NCBI GenBank assembly: GCA_963808235.1
Contig: CAWEEQ010000004.1
Coordinates: forward strand, 3,264,001-3,328,000
Reading direction: 5' to 3'
From: an uncultured delta proteobacterium
GTDB taxonomy: Bacteria > Desulfobacterota > Binatia > Binatales > Binataceae
DNA length: 64,000 nt
Shown: positions 56,567-64,000 of the stretch, piece by piece
Numbering within the stretch: position 1 is the first letter of the stretch
Layout of the letters: the number at the start of each line of letters is the position of its first letter
Translations under genes and position numbers: made by a program
Notes under the pieces: model-generated
The model's input: only the letters and a program-made list of their open reading frames with translations
Databases searched by the model: none
Told to the model about the DNA's origin: nothing

Positions 56567-59389
56567 TTACGAGCACCCACTCGTAGTGCCGCAGTTCATG
56601 CATTTGTAGCAGGAGCCGTTGCGCACCATGATGCTTCCGCAATCCGGACACGGCGGCGCATCCGCCTGGTTGATAAACGCCTGGCGCATCCCGGTGTCCT
56701 TGCCTCCACGCAGACTCGGCATCGGCGCCAGCACAACCGGCGCACTCGCCGCATCCGCCTTCGCGGTCAAACTTTTTTCAGTCTCGATAATTCCAACTTC
56801 GCGCTTCGCTTCCTCGTCGAGGAATTTCGACGCCATCCATCGGAACAGGTAATCCACGATCGATTTCGCGTACGGGATTTGCGGATTCTTGCTGAACCCA
56901 GACGGCTCGAAGCGCATATGCGAGAACTTGTCGACCAGGAACTGCAACGGAACACCATACTGCAGCGCGAACGAAATCGCGGTCGCAAACGAATCCATCA
57001 GCCCCGAAATCGTGGACCCCTGCTTCGACATCGTGACGAAAATCTCGCCCGGCGTGCCGTCTTCGTACATGCCGACCGTGATGTATCCCTCGTGGCCGGC
57101 GATATCGAATTTGTGCGTGATCGATTTGCGCTCGTCGGGCAGCTTGCGCCGCTGCATCCGATCGTCCACCGCCGCGATCGTCGCCGCCGCGTCAACCGCC
57201 TTCTCGATGTCTTTCCGGCCAGTGTTGAGCGGCTGCGTGCGCTTCGATCCGTCACGGTAGATCGCGACCGCCTTCAGACCGAGCTTCCACGCCGTTACGT
57301 AAGCATCCCCGACTTCATCGACGGTCGCTTCCGCCGGCATGTTGATCGTCTTGGAAATTGCGCCCGAGATGAACGGCTGCACCGCACCCATCATCTTGAT
57401 ATGCCCAAGATACTGAATCGTGCGCGATCCCGAGCGCGGCTTGAACGCGCAATCGAATACCGGCAGATGCGCATCGGCAAGCTGCGGCGCACCCTCAATA
57501 GTGTCGTTCTCATCCAGGTACTCGACTATTTCCTGCACTTCCTTCGAGTCGTAGCCGAGCCGCTTCAGCGCGCGCGGCACCGTGTTGTTAACGATCTTCA
57601 GCATCCCGCCGCCGACCAGTTTCTTGTACTTGATCAGCGCGATGTCGGGCTCGATTCCGGTGGTGTCGCAATCCATCATGAACGCGATCGTGCCGGTCGG
57701 CGCGATCACCGTCGCCTGCGAATTGCGATAGCCCGCTGCGGTTCCGAGCTTCAGTGCCTCGTCCCATGACTCGCGCGCGGCGCGCAGCAAGTCGAGCGGC
57801 ACATACGACGTATCGAGCTTGTAGGCCGCCCCGCGATGACGCTCGATAACTTTCAGCATCGGCTCGCGATTGGGCGCGTAGCCGGAGAACGGACCCATCT
57901 GCTCGGAGATTCGCGCCGATTGCAGATACGCCTCGCCGGTCATCAGCGCGGTAATCGCCGCCGCGTAGCTGCGGCCCTGGTCGGAATCGTAAGGCATCCC
58001 GAGCGCCATCAGCAGCGCGCCCAGGTTCGCGTATCCGAGTCCCAGCTCGCGATATGCGCTCGCGTTCTTCGCGATCTCGTCGGTCGGATACGACGAATTG
58101 TCAACCACGATATCCTGCGCGGTGATCATCACGTCGATCGCGTGGCGAAACGCGCGCACGTCGAACTCGCCGCGCTCGTCGATAAATTTCATCAAATTGA
58201 GCGACGCAAGATTGCACGCCGAGTTGTCCAGATGCATGTACTCGCTGCACGGGTTGGACGCGTTGATTCGTCCGCTCGCCGGGCAGGTGTGCCATAGATT
58301 GATTGTCGAATCGAACTGCATCCCGGGATCGCCGCATGCGTGCGCGGCTTCCGCGATCCAGCGCAGCATCTCTCGCGCGCGATACGTCTCGGCGACGTCG
58401 CCGCCCTTCACGTAATGGGTCTGCCAACTGCCGTCGTCGAGCACCGCGCGCATGAACTCGTCACTCGCGCGCACCGAATTGTTCGCGTTCTGGAAGAACA
58501 CCGAGCCGTACGCCGGCCCGTCGAGCGACGAGTCGTAGCCCGCCTCGATCAGCGCCCACGCCTTGCGCTCCTCTTCGACTTTGCAGTTGATGAATTCCTT
58601 GATATCGGGATGCTCCGCGTTGAGCACCACCATCTTGGCCGCGCGCCGCGTCTTTCCACCCGACTTGATCACTCCCGCCGATGCGTCCGCCGCCTTCATG
58701 AACGACAGCGGGCCCGACGCGGTCCCGCCCGACGACAGCTTCTCCTTGCACGAGCGCAGCGCCGACAGATTCACTCCCGCGCCCGAGCCGCCTTTGAAAA
58801 TCATCCCCTCGTTGCGATACCAGCCGAGGATCGATTCCATGCTGTCGTCGACCTTCAAGATGAAACACGCCGAGCACTGCGGCTTCGCTTCGATACCGAC
58901 GTTGAAATAAACCGGGCTGTTGAACGAGGCCTTCTGGGTGAGCAGAAGATGCGTCAGTTCGGCATGGAACGTTTCGCGCGCTTGCGCGTCGGCGAAGTAT
59001 GCCTGCTTCTCGCCCCAACCGGAGATCGTATCCGCCACGCGCGAGATTAGCTGGCGGACGCTGGTCTCGCGCCTGGGCGTGCCGATCTGTCCGCGGAAAT
59101 ATTTCGAGACCACGACGTTGGTCGCGGTCTGCGACCACGCGCGCGGAACCTCGACGTCCTTTTGCTCGAATACGATTCGCCCGTCTTCGCCCGAGATCAC
59201 CGCGCTGCGCAAATCCCATTCGACTTCCGAAAACGGCTCGACGCCCGCGGTCGTGAAAAACCGATCGAGCGTGACGCCGCGGCGCCGCACGGCTGTGTCG
59301 TCCAGGCTCGGGGCGCTCTGGATTCTGCCGGTTGTCTTGCTTGCCTTTGGATCCATTTCCGACTCAGTTTCGATCGCTCCCCCGCCCAT
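56567..59389 (-). CDS. nrdJ: Class II adenosylcobalamin-dependent ribonucleotide reductase
   Basis: FNSPVYFN, PQCSACFI, GGKTRRAAKM, ASNPCSE, ACNLAS, APTGTI, ISKTIN, C-terminal Zn-ribbon; GGGGAGGG RBS. Confidence 0.96.
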   Translation of the reverse strand: MGGGAIETESEMDPKASKTTGRIQSAPSLDDTAVRRRGVTLDRFFTTAGVEPFSEVEWDLRSAVISGEDGRIVFEQKDVEVPRAWSQTATNVVVSKYFRGQIGTPRRETSVRQLISRVADTISGWGEKQAYFADAQARETFHAELTHLLLTQKASFNSPVYFNVGIEAKPQCSACFILKVDDSMESILGWYRNEGMIFKGGSGAGVNLSALRSCKEKLSSGGTASGPLSFMKAADASAGVIKSGGKTRRAAKMVVLNAEHPDIKEFINCKVEEERKAWALIEAGYDSSLDGPAYGSVFFQNANNSVRASDEFMRAVLDDGSWQTHYVKGGDVAETYRAREMLRWIAEAAHACGDPGMQFDSTINLWHTCPASGRINASNPCSEYMHLDNSACNLASLNLMKFIDERGEFDVRAFRHAIDVMITAQDIVVDNSSYPTDEIAKNASAYRELGLGYANLGALLMALGMPYDSDQGRSYAAAITALMTGEAYLQSARISEQMGPFSGYAPNREPMLKVIERHRGAAYKLDTSYVPLDLLRAARESWDEALKLGTAAGYRNSQATVIAPTGTIAFMMDCDTTGIEPDIALIKYKKLVGGGMLKIVNNTVPRALKRLGYDSKEVQEIVEYLDENDTIEGAPQLADAHLPVFDCAFKPRSGSRTIQYLGHIKMMGAVQPFISGAISKTINMPAEATVDEVGDAYVTAWKLGLKAVAIYRDGSKRTQPLNTGRKDIEKAVDAAATIAAVDDRMQRRKLPDERKSITHKFDIAGHEGYITVGMYEDGTPGEIFVTMSKQGSTISGLMDSFATAISFALQYGVPLQFLVDKFSHMRFEPSGFSKNPQIPYAKSIVDYLFRWMASKFLDEEAKREVGIIETEKSLTAKADAASAPVVLAPMPSLRGGKDTGMRQAFINQADAPPCPDCGSIMVRNGSCYKCMNCGTTSGCS

Positions 59390-59550
59390 CGCCGCACCCT
59401 CCCCGCTCTGGTTACATCCGCATTACGCTAAGATTCCCGCTCCGCTTCCAGCGCATCCTGGTCTCGTCGCCGCAAATAATCTTTCATCGTCGCAAAGCGT
59501 GCCGTGGGCGAATATATGCTCGCTGCTACCGTGGCCTGTCAAGCCCCTAC

Positions 59551-59598
59551 CCCCTACAGGTGGTATAGGACAACTTGTTCACAAACCATATATTAGGT
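59551..59598. promoter_or_regulatory. Tandem NrdR-box-like sites
   Basis: CCCCTACAGGTGGTAT (59551) and AAACCATATATTAGGT (59583), 32 bp apart, similar to acaCwAtATaTwGtgt; minus-strand TTGACA at 59537-59542. Confidence 0.6.
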
Positions 59599-59778
59599 TG
59601 TTGATAACTTTTGGTAAATGTTCGCCATGATTAGAAATTGTTGTGAAATAGACCCATACTATTAGTCAATCTTATCGTCTAGAGTCTCCCCGTCAGATAA
59701 ATCCGGACGGCTTGGCGCAACTCGCCGCTGGTTTCCTTGGTAGGCGCGCGGCGAGCGCGGAGCTATCGTGATCGACTC

Positions 59779-60225
59779 ATGGCAACTCGACGCCACAGGG
59801 CCCCGCAGCAGATCGGCGCCGCGATGCAACCGCTGCTCGATCGACTCGACCGCGAAGGTCACTTCGCGATCGTGCGGCTGGCGAAAGCGTGGCCCGAAAT
59901 TGTCGGCGAAACGATCGCGCGACGCACCGAAATCGTCTCGCTCAAATTCCATACCGCGGTCGTGAAAGTGTCGGGCGCGATGTGGATACAAGAACTCAAC
60001 TTGATGAAGGCGCAAATCTTATCGCGCGTGACCGCGCAGCTCGGCGACGACGTTGTGCGCGAGCTGCGGTTCGTGCAGGGACGTCTCAGCCGGCGCGAGC
60101 GTCCGAAATTGCGCACGGTGCCGCGCGCGGCGCGGAAATCGATCGAGCTGCCCGAGCTCAAGGATCCCGAGTTGCGCGCGGCCTTCGAGCGATTGATCGA
60201 AGCCTGGGGCCGCGCCGCTCGATAA
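59779..60225 (+). CDS. DciA / DUF721 family protein
   Basis: AWPEIVGETIARRT, WIQELNLMKAQIL, VRELRF. Confidence 0.85.
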   Translation: MATRRHRAPQQIGAAMQPLLDRLDREGHFAIVRLAKAWPEIVGETIARRTEIVSLKFHTAVVKVSGAMWIQELNLMKAQILSRVTAQLGDDVVRELRFVQGRLSRRERPKLRTVPRAARKSIELPELKDPELRAAFERLIEAWGRAAR

Positions 60226-60251
60226 GCGCTCGCCACGCGACGCGATCGCAC

Positions 60252-60713
60252 TTAGATCTTCTTCCCTCTCGCCAGCTTAGGTTTCGACGCGTCGAGGCGC
60301 TTGGTCAGATAATAGTAGGCGTGCCCTTCCGGATAGTTGTCGAGCGTACCGAAGACTCTGTAACCCAACTTTTCGTAAAACGGGCGCGCTTGGAAACTGA
60401 AAGTCTCGAGAAATGAATCGGTACATCTTTTTTCAAGAGCGTAGCGCTCCGCCGCCGTCATCAGCCGGCTCGCGTGCCCGCGCCCGCGAACCCGCTCGTC
60501 CACCCACAGCGTGCCGACATGAAGCCATCGCGCCCAGATTTGCCCCATCAGGCCGCCCAGCACCGAGCCGTCAGGGTCCATGACGTAAAATCCGATCGGG
60601 TAATAGGGCGCATGGCCCGTCACTGCGATATTGTGATTGTCGACTCCGTTCTGCACGAAGTTCTTAATCTCCCTCGAGGCGAACGGGTCCATTACGATTT
60701 TCGGCGTTTTCAT
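60252..60713 (-). CDS. GNAT acetyltransferase
   Basis: LWVDERVRGRG, ETFSFQARPFYEKLGY. Confidence 0.9.
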   Translation of the reverse strand: MKTPKIVMDPFASREIKNFVQNGVDNHNIAVTGHAPYYPIGFYVMDPDGSVLGGLMGQIWARWLHVGTLWVDERVRGRGHASRLMTAAERYALEKRCTDSFLETFSFQARPFYEKLGYRVFGTLDNYPEGHAYYYLTKRLDASKPKLARGKKI

Positions 60714-60831
60714 TTTTCTTCTGGTACCACTTTGGCAGCGCGGCTCCTACCGGTCGCCTCGCGCAGTCTCGGCCGCCGTCTGAATCCTCGGTGAGACGAT
60801 TTCGTACTTATTCCTGTGAGGGAAACGGCTC

Positions 60832-62478
60832 GTGAATGAATCCGGCGACTCACTAAAATTGGATCGCGCGATTCACGTCCTGAACCGGCTCGCATTCGGG
60901 CCGCGTCCAGGCGACGTCGAGCATGTCCGCGCGATCGGTCCCGACGCCTACGTCCACGAGCAGTTGTACCCCGACTCGATTCCGATTCCCGACGACTTGA
61001 TCGAAAAAATCCGCGCCTATCGCACCTTGCACATGACGCCGATCGCCTTGTTCACCGAGTACTATCGCCCGCTCATGCAGGCGCGGCGCAGCGCCAAGGC
61101 CGAGGCCGGCGGCGACAAGGTCGCGGTAAAAGACGCGACCAAGGACGCGCGCATCAAGCAGCGCGTTGTCATGCGCGAGGCGGCCGAAGCGCGCATGGTC
61201 CGCGCGATCGAGGGTCCGCGCCAGTTGCAGGAAGTGATGACCGCGTTCTGGTTCAATCACTTCAACATCTTCGCCGGTAAGGGACTCGACATTATCTGGA
61301 CCGGCGCTTTCGAAGAGACCGCGATTCGCCCGCATACGATGGGCAAGTTCCGCGACCTGCTCGGCGCCACGGCGCATCATCCCGCGATGCTCTTCTATCT
61401 CGATAACTGGCAGAACACCGCGCCCGGCAGTCCCGGCTCAAAGGGCAAGTTCGAGGGGATCAACGAAAACTACGCGCGCGAGTTGATGGAGCTGCACACG
61501 CTCGGCGTCAACGGCGGATATTCGCAGGCCGACGTGATCGCGCTCGCGCACGTCCTGACCGGATGGGGAATTCCGAAGCCACGGGACGAACGGATGCAAG
61601 GCGATGGTTCGATTGCTCGATTCGGACGGGTAGGATTCCGCCGGCAGAGTTTCATGCGTCGAAGTCAGCAGCCGGTCGATCCGAGCGGATTCTTTTTCGA
61701 TCCCACTCGCCACGATTTTTCGAGCAAGACTTTTTTGGGCCATCACATCGAAGGTTCCGGAGTCGACGAAGGCGAGCATGCGCTCGATATCCTCGCGCGC
61801 AGCCCCGTCACCGCGAATCATCTGAGTTTCCAACTCGCCCAGTATTTCGTCGCCGACGATCCGCCCAAGCCGCTGGTGAGCCGGATGGCGCAACAATACC
61901 TCGCGACCGACGGCGACATCCGCGCCGTGCTCAAACTGATGTTCACTAGCGCGGAATTCTGGGACAGCCGCACCTACGGCGCGAAGTTCAAGACTCCGTA
62001 CGAGTATGTGGTCTCATGCGTGCGCGCGAGCGGCGTCCCGGTGCGCAACTACCGCCCGCTCTTCGGCACCATGCAAATCCTCGGGATGCCGATCTACGGA
62101 TGCCTGACGCCCAACGGTTATGCCGACACTCAGGACGCCTGGTTGAATCCCGACGCGATGATGACCCGGCTCAGCTTTGCGACCGCGCTCGGTTCGGGAA
62201 ATCTGCCGCTGGAAAATCCACCGTTCGAAGAAGACGCCACCGCCGACGGCGGGCGTGCAGATAAAGAACCTCCAGTCGTGCGCAAGGGCGCAGGGCGGGT
62301 CAATATCAAGTTCGACGCCGGCGCGCACGGACCCAAGATGACGCCGCCCGATCCCGCGCTGCTGGCCTCGACCCTGGGCGATTATTTTTCACCGACCACG
62401 GCCGCCGCTGTGGAGGCGTCGCCGAGCAATCTGCGCGCGCCTCTAATCCTCGGCAGTCCCGAGTTCATGAAGCGGTAG
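60832..62478 (+). CDS. DUF1800 family protein
   Basis: LNRLAFGPRPG, FWFNHF, HPAMLFYLDN, NENYARELMELHTLG, KFKTPYE, SPEFM. Confidence 0.92.
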   Translation: MNESGDSLKLDRAIHVLNRLAFGPRPGDVEHVRAIGPDAYVHEQLYPDSIPIPDDLIEKIRAYRTLHMTPIALFTEYYRPLMQARRSAKAEAGGDKVAVKDATKDARIKQRVVMREAAEARMVRAIEGPRQLQEVMTAFWFNHFNIFAGKGLDIIWTGAFEETAIRPHTMGKFRDLLGATAHHPAMLFYLDNWQNTAPGSPGSKGKFEGINENYARELMELHTLGVNGGYSQADVIALAHVLTGWGIPKPRDERMQGDGSIARFGRVGFRRQSFMRRSQQPVDPSGFFFDPTRHDFSSKTFLGHHIEGSGVDEGEHALDILARSPVTANHLSFQLAQYFVADDPPKPLVSRMAQQYLATDGDIRAVLKLMFTSAEFWDSRTYGAKFKTPYEYVVSCVRASGVPVRNYRPLFGTMQILGMPIYGCLTPNGYADTQDAWLNPDAMMTRLSFATALGSGNLPLENPPFEEDATADGGRADKEPPVVRKGAGRVNIKFDAGAHGPKMTPPDPALLASTLGDYFSPTTAAAVEASPSNLRAPLILGSPEFMKR

Positions 62479-62486
62479 CTGGAGCT

Positions 62487-63806
62487 TTGCCGATGGAACC
62501 AATTGACGAAAAAGATTTTGACGGAACCGGCGGATGCGCGAACTGTACTCCGCGCCTTGCGACACCTATCAGCCGGCGCGCATTCATCCGCCGCGCCGCG
62601 CTGCTTTCCGCCTCAGGAATCGTGCTGCTGAGTCCGCATGCGTGGGCCGCACGCTCGGTAGATACTTCAAGCAAGCGCCGTCTCATCGTGGTGTTCCTGC
62701 GCGGCGCGGTCGACGGACTCAACGTAGTGGTGCCACACGGCGAGTCAACGTACTACGACGCACGTCCCACGATTGCGATTGGACGCATGGGCGCGAGCGA
62801 TGGAGTGATCGATCTCGACGGCCATTTCGGGTTGCATCCGGCGCTCGCGCCGCTCGAGGCGAATTGGCGTGACGGCACGCTCGCGTTCGTACAGGCGTGC
62901 GGCTCGCCCGATCCGACTCGCTCGCATTTCGACGCGCAGGATTTCATGGAGAGCGGAACGCCCGGCGTGAAATCGACGCGCGACGGATGGCTCAATCGCA
63001 CCATCGCGCAGATTCCCGGAACTCATTCTTCGACCGAAGCGCTCAGCCTCGGGCCGACGGTGCCGCGAATTCTGAGCGGCGCGCAGCCGGTCGCGAACAT
63101 CGCGCTCGGACGAGCCGCCGCGCGCCCGATGCCGATGGATCGGCCGATCATCGAAGCCGCGTTCGATCGTTTGTACACCGGCAACGATTCGATCAGCCGC
63201 GCCTATCGCGACGGCCGCGAATCGCGCAAACGCCTGATAAGCGAGCTGACGCAAGACATGGTGCAGGCCGACGCGGGAGCGCCGTCGCCGCAGGGATTCT
63301 CCGACGACACCGACCGCCTCGCGCGGCTAATCGGCCGCGATCCAACTATCCGCGTCGCGTTCATGGCGCTAGGCGGATGGGACACGCATATCAACGAGGG
63401 CGCGGCCACCGGCCAACTAGCAGGGCATCTAAAGCCGCTAGGCGAAGGCCTCGCGAGCCTCGCCAAGTCACTCGGCCCCAGCTACCAGGACACGGTAATC
63501 CTCGTAATCTCGGAATTCGGCCGCACGATGCACGAGAACGGCAACGGGGGCACCGATCACGGCCACGGCAACGTGATGTGGGTGATGGGCGGGCCGGTGA
63601 AGGGCCGCAAGGTGTACGGCAACTGGCCGGGCTTGTCGACCGCAAACCTGTACCAGGAACGCGACCTCGCAATAACAACCGACTTCCGCGAGCCAATCGC
63701 CACGGTTCTACGCTCGCACATGCAGTTCTCCGACGCGCAAATCGCGCGAGTCTTCCCCGCCTGCCCGCACGCGACCGGCCACGTCGATGGATTGATCAAA
63801 GTCTGA
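62487..63806 (+). CDS. DUF1501 family protein, Tat-type signal
   Basis: SRRAFIRR, FLRGAVDGLN, RSHFDAQ, GGWDTH, SEFGRT, GTDHGHG. Confidence 0.92.
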   Translation: MPMEPIDEKDFDGTGGCANCTPRLATPISRRAFIRRAALLSASGIVLLSPHAWAARSVDTSSKRRLIVVFLRGAVDGLNVVVPHGESTYYDARPTIAIGRMGASDGVIDLDGHFGLHPALAPLEANWRDGTLAFVQACGSPDPTRSHFDAQDFMESGTPGVKSTRDGWLNRTIAQIPGTHSSTEALSLGPTVPRILSGAQPVANIALGRAAARPMPMDRPIIEAAFDRLYTGNDSISRAYRDGRESRKRLISELTQDMVQADAGAPSPQGFSDDTDRLARLIGRDPTIRVAFMALGGWDTHINEGAATGQLAGHLKPLGEGLASLAKSLGPSYQDTVILVISEFGRTMHENGNGGTDHGHGNVMWVMGGPVKGRKVYGNWPGLSTANLYQERDLAITTDFREPIATVLRSHMQFSDAQIARVFPACPHATGHVDGLIKV

Positions 63807-63825
63807 CCGCACCAATCATTCAGAC

Positions 63826-63853
63826 CCGCCGGATCGGTAGGTCGATCCGGCGG
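63826..63853. terminator. Hairpin between convergent genes
   Basis: CCGCCGGATCG-6 nt-CGATCCGGCGG. Confidence 0.55.
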
Positions 63854-63864
63854 TATACTCTCAG

Positions 63865-64000
63865 CTAGCGTATCGCACTGGCCAAATGATCTGGTGTCGC
63901 CTTTCGGGCCTGCTGTTCGAGCGCGTTGACACGCTCAGATAGAGCATCGATTTGGTCATCTTTTTTCCGGAGGGTATCGAGCTGCTTTTGCAGCGCCGCG
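63865..64000 (-). CDS. C-terminal coiled-coil end of a gene extending beyond the window
   Basis: Open frame AALQKQLDTLRKKDDQIDALSERVNALEQQARKATPDHLASAIR-stop. Confidence 0.6.
   Translation of the reverse strand, partial: AALQKQLDTLRKKDDQIDALSERVNALEQQARKATPDHLASAIR

Noticed and set aside
59570-59680. oriC between nrdJ and dciA
   Set aside because: Only two imperfect DnaA boxes, a short AT-rich stretch, no box correctly oriented next to the trio-like CATACTATTA, and no dnaA/dnaN adjacent.
59390-59700. Cobalamin riboswitch upstream of nrdJ
   Set aside because: No B12-box or recognisable core motif seen; NrdR-like boxes explain the region better.

Overview
GC-rich bacterial chromosomal window made mostly of housekeeping genes; the gene set looks like Binatota/Desulfobacterota-type bacteria (inference only). 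Order: ffh-rpsP-khpA-rimM-trmD-SPOUT-(inserted gene)-rplS; bactofilin, a peptide ABC transporter, a LolB-like and a TPR lipoprotein; a small accessory block (16.4-20.7 kb: catalytically dead, domain-swapped trypsin-like protein, acid phosphatase, large unknown lipoprotein); two head-to-head GT-C glycosyltransferases; an ExbB-ExbD-ExbD motor operon followed by a TonB-anchor/vWA hybrid and a secreted protein (best candidate for an undescribed system); a MITE-like element; orphan NorQ/CbbQ; cysS; a stand-alone LeuA regulatory domain; queG with a perfect parS site in its first codons; lutBCA; a DUF433/PIN toxin-antitoxin pair; phaC; nrdJ with NrdR-like boxes upstream and a structured G-rich element downstream; dciA; a DUF1800/DUF1501 pair. 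Three single-base +1 frameshifts (ffh, CoA-binding protein, one hypothetical) are most likely sequencing errors. No rRNA, tRNA or CRISPR array was seen. All family calls come from motif recognition by eye, not database searches.
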